In this document: piece after piece, positions 24,901 through 40,923 of the stretch
How the letters are laid out: every line of letters begins with the position of its first letter
How positions within the stretch are numbered: position 1 is the first letter of the stretch
From: Macrostomum lignano
Taxonomy: Eukaryota
Length of the DNA stretch: 64,000 bases
Direction: 5' to 3'
Assembly (NCBI GenBank): GCA_002269645.1
Contig: NIVC01000102.1
Location: forward strand, 763,950-827,949
Translations under genes and position numbers: made by a program
Notes under the pieces: model-generated
Database searches by the model: none
What the model saw: only the letters and a program-made list of their open reading frames with translations
Told to the model about the DNA's origin: nothing

Positions 24901-25879
24901 ATTATATTTTTTTTTACGGTATCAAAGTGACGTCAATAACGGTGGGTAGGTATCCAAAAATGATTAACTATATTAATGCAAAGATTCCCTAGCTCTGTTT
25001 ACAGTAGACAGATTTTTGTTAAATTTCTCAGTACAGCCCTCTGACTCCGTAAGCAGCAACAAAATTATGTATTTAACAATCCAATAATAATGGCAAATAA
25101 AAATCAATAACTGCTCGAAGACACGTTTAAAAGGGCTCGAATGTAGTGTGTCTGTGGATCTCTTGTCTGTTTGTTATGAAATCAAGTTTGGAATATTTGT
25201 CTAATTTTACGAGCTATACCGACGTAAAAAAGCAAAAATCTTTAATACGAGCGTTTAAGAGCTTCAGCAGGTTACTTTGTCACTGTTGTCGAGTGTGAAT
25301 TGAGTAGTAATGAATAGTTCAGCTATTGAAACTTTATGCAGCAGTGCCAAGATTTTACTGCTATTTTCAACCTAACTTTCTCGGAAATAAACAAAACTGT
25401 CACTTTTTTGTTGCAGATTTGTTTAAGCTATTTAAATAGATTTGACCTCAGTTATACCCTGATGCATAAACAGTTCCCATCAAAAGTTACTTGCCAGGGA
25501 ATTACTGAGAAGCTGTGGTTCATGGGATTTGTTAAGATGCCAAGGGGTCAATTTGAAGTTTTTGGTTGGCCAAGCCAAAGGTACAAGTATTTCAAAGGGA
25601 GAGATAGGGTTAAGCCATGGCTTAAAGGGAAGCTTTGAAGCCAAATCTCACAGGGGATGCTGATATCTTTATGCTTAGATAGCTGTCTTTTAGGGCTGAT
25701 GCATTTTGCTTTAAACATCTTTTTTCAAAGGATACTAACAATAGCGACTGTAAAAGCTCAAGCTTAAGAGCTACATGTCGTTTTTTTATTTTTTTTCTTT
25801 GTTGCCTCCCTAATGGAGGTCGCTGATTTCGTAGTTTGATACTGTAAATGTTTTTATTAAAATATTTTTTAATGAATAA

Positions 25880-26135
25880 TGAATAATAATAATAATTGAT
25901 TAAACCTACCATATTAGACAGGTGTGCAACCGACTGCTCAGCCGCAGCTACTGCTTGGCGCATCTGAAGGCTGCGTACGGCTGTTCAGTCCAAGGACTGG
26001 GGGTCGCCACACACCCACCCTCAATTACCCCTGCTAAAGCTGGCATCCATTTTACAGCTGGGTGAGCTGAAGAAATGCAGAGTTAAGTGACTTCTTACTG
26101 AAGGACACCAATCGTTCCAATGGGATCGGGAATTG
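25880..26135 (-). mobile_element. tRNA-derived CORE-type SINE, 5' end lost, (ATT)n tail
   Basis: Minus strand shows B box GGTTCAATTCC and a MIR/CORE-like segment ACTTAACTCTGCATTTCTTCAGCTCACCCAGCTGTAAAATGG; body matches 26715-26830. Confidence 0.7.
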
Positions 26136-26375
26136 AACCCCCGACAAAGAAGCGCCATGTCAACCATGAAAGAAGTGCCATGTCAACCAAGAAAGAAGCG
26201 CCATGTCAATCATGAAAGAAGCGCCATGTCAACCATAAAAGAAGCGCCATGTCAACCAAGAAAGAAGCGCCATGTCAATCATGAAAGAAGCGCCATGTCA
26301 ACCATGAAAGAAGCGCCATGTCAACCATAAAAGAAGCGCCATGTCAACCATGAAAGAAGCGCCATGTCAACCACG
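26135..26375. repeat. ~23-bp tandem repeat (AAGAAGCGCCATGTCAACCATGA), ~10 copies
   Basis: Direct repeats abutting the SINE B box; one lone unit at ~27456-27478. Confidence 0.9.
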
Positions 26376-26714
26376 AAGAAGCCAAACTTCGCTGATTGGA
26401 GCAAACTCACCGGTCTCAATCTGTCTCACAGTAAATCCCACATGTATCACACAGCGGATTTTCTGTGCTCTGTCCAAAATTTATGACGTAGCGAATGTAA
26501 AATGAAAAAAATAAATAAATTCCGTATGCATTTAGTGTCACAGCAAATGTCTCATTTGTTTTTTTGCAGACTAAGCCAGATGATAATTGCGCTTACTCGG
26601 GGTCAGGCACCACTGCGCTTAGTTGGCTCTGCTTGCTGTTGCAGCTGTTTAGAGTGATTGGTTTACATGTAGTTGACTACAGAAAAATAGTTAATAACTG
26701 ATTGCACCTGTCCA

Positions 26715-26940
26715 ATTGGGCCAGATTCGCAACCGACAGCTTAGCCGCAGCTATTGTGCGGCGCATCTGAAGGCTGCGTACGGCTTCTCCGTCCAAGGAC
26801 TATGAGCACCCATTTTACAGCTGGGTGAACTGAAGCAATGCAGAGTTAAGCGTCTTGCTCACGGACACAAATCTTTCCGAGTCGGTCGAGAATCGAACCT
26901 ATGCCTTTCAGTCGTGGGTCCGACGCTTTATCAACACTAA
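26715..26940 (-). mobile_element. tRNA-derived CORE-type SINE
   Basis: Minus strand has A box TAGCTTAGTGTTG, B box GGTTCGATTCT and the CORE-like TGTGTCCGTGAGCAAGACGCTTAACTCTGCATTGCTTCAGTTCACCCAGCTGTAAAATGGG. Confidence 0.75.
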
Positions 26941-26984
26941 GCTACAACCACTTTGGCAGTTGGCAGAAGCCTCCTTATCTAATG

Positions 26985-27100
26985 GCTTTAGCCTTGTGGT
27001 TAGAGCGTCGGACTCACAACTGAAAGGTCAGGAGTTCGATTTTGGACCCACTAGAAACGATTTGTGTCCTTGAGCAAGACGCTTAAGTCTGCATTACTAC
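26985..27100 (+). mobile_element. 3'-truncated copy of the same SINE family, head-to-head with the previous copy
   Basis: TAGCCTTGTGGTTAGAGCGTCGGAC...GAGTTCGATT...TGTGTCCTTGAGCAAGACGCTTAA. Confidence 0.72.
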
Positions 27101-27589
27101 AGCAAAATTCATACAGAGAAGGAAGTTAGGCGCACGTATACCACCTCAGTGCCTGAATTGCTGCTTTGAAGCACTACTGTTTTCTTTTCGGAAGAAGGAG
27201 TTCCAAACTATTTGCTGCATTGGCTCGTATTCATAAATGTATTGCATCCGTGTAGTATGTAGTAGCAACGTACCAATCCAAGGGTAAACTCCGACGACTT
27301 TTCGTTTAATGCTCCAGCGCGCTTGATAACTCTTCCTTCATTGAATTCATTGCAGCCTCGATTGAATAAGTTACTGATGGAAATAAATGATAGCATTTCC
27401 GCCATATGAGAAGATGCTTCAGCGAAGACCACTGAGGTATGGATCGAATCGATAAAAGAAGCGCCATGTCAACCATAATGTATGCATGCGGGAATTGCCG
27501 TGGGATTTTTCAAGGCTCACCGTGGTTATATTGCTAAAATGCGTTGTTTCAAGGCTTATGGGGATCTTTGCGATGTCAAGACTCGTTAG

Positions 27590-27705
27590 AGGGAATTGCA
27601 AAGCCAGTTTGTGGGACATGGTACCCTCATCCCAGACAATAAGCTTGCAGGCTTGCAATACTCTGGCAGTGCGCTGTTCTTCTTGATATTGCACAGGTTT
27701 GTTTT
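27590..27705 (-). mobile_element. Helitron-type PIF1 helicase fragment
   Basis: Minus strand reads CNIKKNSA(fs)ARVLQACKLIVWDEGTMSHKLAL, typical of Helitron Rep/Hel helicase motif II (LIIWDE..M.HK). Confidence 0.7.
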
Positions 27706-28987
27706 GTTCATCCCTCATGCCTCAGTCCTCCTTTTCACGTCTTGGGCGTCGCAACGTACGCCCTGGCCAACGTTCCATGTGGATGTCATGAAGCTGTCAC
27801 GATGGCCACTGATTCGCCACCGTCGAGGTCCTCAGACCTCAGTCCTGACCTGAGTTTGTGTGTCGGACTCAATGCACGGCTGGCACTGCAACTTGAGATC
27901 CCTGGCAAGCCAAGTGGATCTACCGTGGACCCACCGTGGACCCGGCTGTGGACTTGCGATTTTTGTATTTACTCACGCGCTACTGCGTACTATTTTGAGT
28001 AGCGCATATTAAACACATTAAAATGCATTGTAAAGTGTATAAAAATATGAAAAAAATGCTGATAAAGATAAGTCTGATCGCTAAGTAGGATTATAAATTG
28101 CCAAAAAATGACTTATGAAAATCTGGAGCAAAAGATCTATACCCTGTCGTTCATTTTTACTTATGATAAAATAGTACAGCATAAAGTGTCATAAAATAAG
28201 TTAAATTCTTTACTAGCTGAGAAAAATACTATTGCAGTAGCTGAGGCATGGGTTATTGCATTGGCTGAAAAATTGATGATTGCAATACATATGAGGAAAG
28301 GATTATTTCACTAGACGAAAAAGGAATTACGAGCGATTGCACTAGCTGGGGAAACTGTTTTCTGGGAGAGGGGGCGGTTCTTGCTTTCTAGGGATGCTTG
28401 CTATCTTAGGAGTACTTGCTCGGGGGAATCGCTGAGATGTCAAAGCTTGCTGAAGAAATTTTCGAGATGTCAAGGCTTGGGGGGAATCGCAAAAACGGCG
28501 CCCACCAAGAGACTCCGGCGTCGAGAATGCGGAGCACTTTATCGGTGACTGTTCATCCTTTACTCAGGCCAGGCTCACCTACGAGCGTACTTCGGGCCTA
28601 AACTCGGACCTTTTCAGGCCTGAGAGTTTCTGCCAGCTCTTAAGCTAACTACCTAAGGGCTAGCTGGCGAGCGGCCGTCCACCTCATGGACTCTCCGAAG
28701 GGGCACCCGCTGCGGACACCAGCACCACCCGATCTCTTTGCGCAGCACCATCTGCCTGTGGTTGCTAGGGCTTAAGTCAACATGGTGTGGCAATCACATC
28801 TGGGAGTTGAAATTTTCCACCAATAAGAAATTCTCCGAACAGCTAGCCCCACAATTGGTTGGAAAAAGCAATCATAATCGGTTATTTGTTGGAAATTTTC
28901 AAGTTTACGCAATTTGCGTCGTATCTGGTTATTGCTTCGACAAATTTAGAAAAAAACCTAGCAGGCTACCGACTGCTACGAGCAAAA

Positions 28988-29731
28988 ATGGTCAGCGTAT
29001 CGAACATTGTGGCCTGGATAAGTCTTGTCCTCAGCCTCACCGCTGCCAGCCAACAGGTGTACACCATCATTGACGGCAGCCTCTGCATCAACGGCGAGTT
29101 TGTTGAGTCCTACCCGAACGAGAACAGCAGCGTTGGGTGCGCCGCTCTGTGCGCCCAAAACCAGCGCTGTCAGGCGTTCAGCCTGGCTGACGGTCCGTGC
29201 CAGCTGCTCGTGATCGACAAGTGCAGCAAGTCGGTGAGGAGCTGCGGCTGCTCCAGGAGAGGCCGGGTGTTCGTCAAGCAGCGGCCGGGACTCGAGGCGG
29301 GCGCGCTGTGTCCGTCTGGCTACGGCATGCACCTGTGCGGAGTGAAGTACAGGCTGTACTCTGGCTTCGGGCCGTGGTGGCTGAGCAGGCAGAAGTGCGA
29401 GTCAGAGAGCGGTCTGGTCATCATGGCCGACGTGACCAGCAACCAGGAGATGAGCCACGTGGACTGGATCTTCACCAATGGTAGTAATTCGAACTTCTGG
29501 CTCGGAGGCCTCCAGCCAGAAGGCAGTGCTGAGCCAGCCGGCGGCTGGTACTGGGTCGGCTGCAACATCAACGTTGATTCCGCTTTTTGGGCCACTGACC
29601 AGCCCGATAACTACTTCGGAGGAGACAATGCAATTGGAAAATATCAGGACCTAGTGGGACTTACGGATATCGGCGGCACTTACAGTGCGGTTTCCAATGT
29701 TCTGTGCGAGTGCCCGTCGCCATTTGATTGA
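28988..29731 (+). CDS. Secreted PAN/apple + C-type lectin domain protein (copy 2, QPD), 247 aa, intronless
   Basis: ATG 28988 (MVSVSNIVAW) aligns with the copy 1 start; same length and cysteine pattern. The ORF-track start at 28859 is a non-ATG extension. Confidence 0.9.
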   Translation: MVSVSNIVAWISLVLSLTAASQQVYTIIDGSLCINGEFVESYPNENSSVGCAALCAQNQRCQAFSLADGPCQLLVIDKCSKSVRSCGCSRRGRVFVKQRPGLEAGALCPSGYGMHLCGVKYRLYSGFGPWWLSRQKCESESGLVIMADVTSNQEMSHVDWIFTNGSNSNFWLGGLQPEGSAEPAGGWYWVGCNINVDSAFWATDQPDNYFGGDNAIGKYQDLVGLTDIGGTYSAVSNVLCECPSPFD

Positions 29732-31182
29732 TTCGAGAAGCTGCAGGGACCGCCTGACAACAGGAACCGCGGATGGAGACATTTATTAACAAAATCATAT
29801 TTCTAACCTTATCAAAGTAACCGTTAATAACCGTCTATAAGTACTTATCCGAATGCAAGCATGCCTTCTGTTTACAGTATACAGAATTTGTTTAATTTTT
29901 CAATGCAAACCTCTGTCGCCGAAAAACAATGTATTTAGCAGAATTCCAACAGTAGGGCCGAATAATAATCTATAGATGCTCGAAGACATGTTTTAAAAGG
30001 GCTCTATTGTAGTGATGCCTGCGGATCTCGTTTTTTTATCAAATCCTTGAGTAGTTTGGAATTATAACCCGATTTATTAAGATTATTAAGACATTACCTG
30101 AATACATGTACTTTTTAAAAAGCAAAAGTACTTTTAACATGAGCGTTGAATAGTTTCAACAGCTTACATGTACTTTTTCACTATATTCGACAAAGGCACA
30201 ATGAAAAATGCAGTCACATTTGTTTAAACTTTATTCTGCTGTTTATTAGCCATGGAAGCTTTTACTTTTGATTTTCAAGCAAACCTTCTCTTAAAAAAAC
30301 AAAGCTGTTTCTTTTTAAAAATCTGTGTAAGCTATTTAAATATATTTGACATCAGTTATTCCTCTACTATACTCTGATTCATAAAAAGTTTTCATCAAAG
30401 TTTCTTGACACTTATGATTCATTGTTTCATCTTTCGTATATTGGAGCTTTTATGATGCAAAACTAATCAAAATCTTTTACGATGGATCATTTCTACATTC
30501 ACGAGTGTAATAATAGTGTACAGTGTATTAACTTGCATCCGAAAGCTTTTAATAAGGCCTGGAAAAATTTAGGCGGTTGAATAATGCCAGATCTTCACAA
30601 TTAAAATCGAACACATTGTCTAAAACAAATAGAAAGCGCAGTAAATTGGTTTATCCAATATTTATTTAGCTATCTACCTGCTTGTAATGTAATTTAACTG
30701 ATTCACCAGCGAAAATACCGTTTATGTGTTTATTCTCTGCAACACGCTTCATGCAAAGAGCCGTATATACAATTGTACTTAGCTATTGTACAGCAATCTT
30801 GTCCCCCCCCCTGGTGTACACTGAAGAACACAGCTAGCTAGCATTCATTCATTTCATACCTGTATTATAAGCCACATGCACTCCCTATTGCATTGCGACG
30901 GCAGTGTACACTTTGCCAAGTGAGGTGGTTGGCAGTTGCCTGTTGGGTCTGAGAAGCCATTTCAGCCGTAGCTATTGTGTATTACTCAGGCCTGCTCAAG
31001 CAAGAGAAAGAGGCGAAAGGAGAGGAAGGGAGAAGGGGGCGTGCGTGGATATTGTGTGCGTTTTCAGCTCCACACAAAACCCTCACAAGAGAGACAGAGA
31101 GAGCTCATAAATAACGACACACTGCTCCATGGTTGCTACGAGAATATCTCAGAAACTGTCTGACAGCCAATTTTAAGGTGCC

Positions 31183-36503
<5,321 letters not shown>

Positions 36504-36814
36504 AACAGAATACTCTTTTCTGACTTATGCTGCTGCATTTTATCTTTGTCTTAAAAAGAATTTCCGCATGATCGACACACAGATTTGCTCACTGACAGGA
36601 TTTTTAATTAACCAGTTGTCTTTTTATGAGCTTACATTAAACTATATCATTTTTCTTATCAATGCTATGAGAAACTAAAGTAATTCATATTTTGGTGCCA
36701 AAAATTGTTAAAATAAAGGCTTTATAGACTTCTATTTGAATCGTACGCTAATACGTTTACACAGATACAGATTTTATGTGCATGGAAAATGTGCTACTTG
36801 GACTTTTTATGTCT

Positions 36815-39550
36815 GAAGCGTCTCGCTGACTTTGAGTGACTGAAGCGTCTTGATGATTTAGAGTGTCTGAAGCGTCTCGCTGACTTTGAGTGACTGAAGC
36901 GTCTTGATGATTTAGAGTGTCTGAAGCGTCTCGCTGACTTTGAGTGACTGAAGCGTCTTGATGATTTAGAGTGTCTGAAGCGTCTTGGTGACTTTGAGTT
37001 CACTGAAGCGTCTTGGTGACTTTGGGTGACTGCAGCGTCTTAGTGACTTGAGTGACTGAAGCGTCTTGGTGACTTTGAGTTGACTGAAGAGTCTTGGTGA
37101 CTTTGAGTTAACTGAAGCGTCTTGGTCACTTTGAGTTGACTGAAGCGTCTTGGTGACTTTGAGTTGACTGAAGAGTCTTGGTGACTTTGAGTTGACTGAA
37201 GAGTCTTGGTGACTTTGAGTTGACTGAAGCGTCTTGGTCACTTTGAGTTGACTGAAGCGTCTTGGTGACTTTGAGTTGACTGAAGAGTCTTGGTGACTTT
37301 GAGTTGACTGAAGCGTCTTGGTGACTTTGAGTGACTGAAGCGTCTTGATGATTTAGAGTGTCTGAAGCGTCTCGCTGACTTTGAGTGACTGAAGCGTCTT
37401 GATGATTTAGAGTGTCTGAAGCGTCTTGGTGACTTTGAGTTGACTGAAGCGTCTTGGTGACTTTGGGTGACTGCAGCGTCTTGGTGACTTTGAGTTGACT
37501 GAAGCGTCTTGGTGACTTTGGGTGACTGCAGCGTCTTAGTGACTTGAGTGACTGAAGCGTCTTGGTGACTTTGAGTTGACTGAAGCGTCTCGCTGACTTT
37601 GAGTGACTGAAGCGTCTTGATGATTTAGAGTGTCTGAAGCGTCTTGGTGACTTTGAGTTGACTGAAGCGTCTTGGTGACTTTGGGTGACTGCAGCGTCTT
37701 AGTGACTTGAGTGACTGAAGCGTCGTGGTGATTTTGAGTGTCTGAAGAGTGAAGAGTCTTGGTGTCTTTGGGTGACTGCAGCGTCTTGGTGACTTTGAGT
37801 TGACTGAAGCGTCTTGGTGACTTTGGGTGACTGCAGCGTCTTAGTGACTTGAGTGACTGAAGCGTCTTGGTGACTTTGAGTTGACTGAAGAGTCTTGGTG
37901 ACTTTGAGTTGACTGAAGCGTCTTGGTCACTTTGAGTTGACTGAAGAGTCTTGGTGACTTTGAGTTGACTGAAGAGTCTTGGTGACTTTGAGTTGACTGA
38001 AGCGTCTTGGTGACTTTGAGTGACTGAAGCGTCTTGATGATTTTGAGTGTCTGAAGAGTTTTGGTGACTTTAGGTGACTGCAGCGTCTTGGTGACTTTGA
38101 GTTGACTGAAGAGTTTTGGTGACTTTAGGTGACTGCAGCGTCTTGGTGACTTTGAGTTGACTGAAGCGTCTTGGTGACTTTGAGTTGACTGAAGCGTCTT
38201 GGTGACTTTGAGTGACTGAAGCGTCTTGATGATTTTGAGTGTCTGAAGAGTTTTGGTGACTTTAGGTGACTGCAGCGTCTTGGTGACTTTGAGTTGACTG
38301 AAGCGTCTTGGTGACTTTGAGTTGACTGAAGAGTCTTAGTGACTTTGAGTTGACTGAAGCGTCTTGGTGACTTTGAGTGACTGAAGCGTCTTGATGATTT
38401 AGAGTGTCTGAAGCGTCTCGCTGACTTTGAGTGACTGAAGCGTCTTGGTGACTTTGGGTGACTGAAGCGTCTTGGTGACTTTGAGTTGACTGAAGAGTCT
38501 TGGTGACTTTGAGTTGACTGAAGCGTCTTGGTGACTTTGAGTGACTGAAGCGTCTTGATGATTTTGAGTGTCTGAAGCGTCTCGCTGACTTTGAGTGACT
38601 GAAGCGTCTTGATGATTTAGAGTGTCTGAAGCGTCTTGGTGACTTTGAGTTGACTGAAGCGTCTTGGTGACTTTGGGTGACTGCAGCGTCTTAGTGACTT
38701 GAGTGACTGAAGCGTCGTGGTGATTTTGAGTGTCTGAAGAGTGAAGAGTCTTGGTGTCTTTGGGTGACTGCAGCGTCTTGGTGACTTTGAGTTGACTGAA
38801 GCGTCTTGGTGACTTTGGGTGACTGCAGCGTCTTAGTGACTTGAGTGACTGAAGCGTCTTGGTGACTTTGAGTTGACTGAAGAGTCTTGGTGACATTGAG
38901 TTGACTGAAGCGTCTTGGTCACTTTGAGTTGACTGAAGAGTCTTGGTGACTTTGAGTTGACTGAAGAGTCTTGGTGACTTTGAGTTGACTGAAGCGTCTT
39001 GGTGACTTTGAGTGACTGAAGCGTCTTGATGATTTTGAGTGTCTGAAGAGTTTTGGTGACTTTAGGTGACTGCAGCGTCTTGGTGACTTTGAGTTGACTG
39101 AAGAGTTTTGGTGACTTTAGGTGACTGCAGCGTCTTGGTGACTTTGAGTTGACTGAAGCGTCTTGGTGACTTTGAGTTGACTGAATAGTCTTGGTGACTT
39201 TGAGTTGACTGAAGCGTCTTGGTGACTTTGGGTGACTACAGCGTCTTAGTGACTTGAGTGACTGAAGCGTCTTGGTGACTTTGAGTTGACTGAAACGTCT
39301 TGGTGACTTTGAGTTGACTGAAGCGTCTTGGTGATTTTAGGTGACTGCAGCGTTTTAGTGACTTGAGTGACTGAAGCGTCTAGTAGATTTTGAGTGTCTG
39401 AAGCGTCTCGGAGACTTTGGAAGACTGAGGCCTAGGGAGCGAGCAGTCCTAGTGTAAAGTAGACATGACTAAAGCGTCTTGGTGAATTTGAGTTTCTGGG
39501 GTGCTTTTTAGTGTCTGAAGCGTCTCAGTGACTTTTAGTGTCTGAAGCGT
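36815..39550. repeat. ~2.7-kb satellite, 26-28 bp unit (GTCTTGGTGACTTTGAGTTGACTGAAGC)
   Basis: About 100 variant units just downstream of PIGW(+). Confidence 0.96.
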
Positions 39551-40348
39551 TAGTAGAATTCTATCACACTTTGCAATTCCAATTGACTCAAAATAAATTA
39601 GCTACTAAAAATAGATAATTTTAGACACTGTTTGAGTTTAGTTTCAGATTCGAAAGAATCAGGCCACCAGTGAGAGACCTGAGTACGTGGTTTGAACTAT
39701 TTTTAGCATTTGCTAGCTACTTCTCCATGGCTATGTGGACAGAGGTCTCATATTGCTGGTTTTTCTATTGTAGAGAGGCAGGACCGAGTCTTTACCAACC
39801 AATCTTACAGTTTGAGGCAGACCCTCGCGGCACTCCATAAAATAGATGAGCAGCAAGTTTTATTGGGTTTCGTTTTTGTCGCAGAGAATATTCTGTTTTT
39901 AATATTTTTTCACGAGTTTATGGTAAACAAGGAGCTCAACTGCCAGGACTTTCCAGCTGTAAGTTATGAAATAGTCTTTTTAATTGTTTTCTTTGGCAAT
40001 AAATAATAGTATTAGATGTTGTTGTAGTAAATGTACATGCACGAGACAAACGATCAGATATGCAATATTTTTATACTCGATACTACCCTATCAATGACCG
40101 TATGTACTTTGAAGTGGTAGGACAACCTCCTCCTTTGATGTACGATCTGTTGTATATTATTTGTACTTGTATACGTAGATTATTACAGTTGGAGATGAGA
40201 TTTCGATTTGGAAGGGGTTAGATTAAAATGGGTCAAGATTGTTCTCTTTGCTGTCTGATACTCTGCATGTTGCCAGTGAGCGAGTTCTGTCTTAGAAGTG
40301 CTGAATTTAGAGTGCTGTACATCTTTAGAGTGCAGTCTTCCTCGAGGT

Positions 40349-40742
40349 GCTGTCTATGGGGTGCTGTCTACGGGGTGCTGTCTATGGGGTGCTGTCTATG
40401 GGGTGCTGTCTATGGGGTGCTGTCTATGGGGTGCTGTCTACGGGGTGCTGTCTATGGGGTGCTGTCTACGGGGTGCAGTCTATGGGGTGCTGTCTATGGG
40501 GTGCTGTCTATGGGGTGCTGTCTATGGGGTGCTGTCTACGGGGTGCTGTCTATGGGGTGCTGTCTACGGGGTGCTGTCTATGGGGTGCTGTCTATGGGGT
40601 GCTGTCTACGAGGTACTGTCTACGGGGTGCTGTATACGGGGTGCAGTCTACGGAGTGCTGTGTCCGGGGTGCTGTCTCCGGGGTGCTGTCTACGGGGTGC
40701 TGTCTATGGGCTGCTGTCTATGGGGTGCTGTCTACGGAATGC
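40349..40742. repeat. 14-bp minisatellite (GGGGTGCTGTCTAT), ~28 copies
   Basis: Period-14 array ending ~180 bp upstream of the TRP ATG. Confidence 0.95.
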
Positions 40743-40923
40743 TGTTTACCGGGTGATTTCTGCTCAAGTCAAGCCAAGCAAAAAAGTAATTAAGTTGCAC
40801 TAAATACCATTTAAGAAATTATTTTAAATTTTGTTTTAACGAATCATATACAAATAATTGCTTTTTATAATTCAGTAGGTTACAAACGAAACCAGCTGAT
40901 CCGCTCAATCCAAGACCATCGAG

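Noticed and set aside
26860-27050. tRNA genes at 26.9 kb, 27.0 kb and 48.5 kb
   Set aside because: A and B boxes are present but the acceptor stems are incomplete and they continue into SINE bodies.
36815-39550. Regular arrays here and at 13.5, 15.3, 31.4, 33.8, 61.4 and 62.9 kb as possible CRISPR arrays
   Set aside because: Units are contiguous with no unique spacers, there are no cas genes, and the context is eukaryotic.
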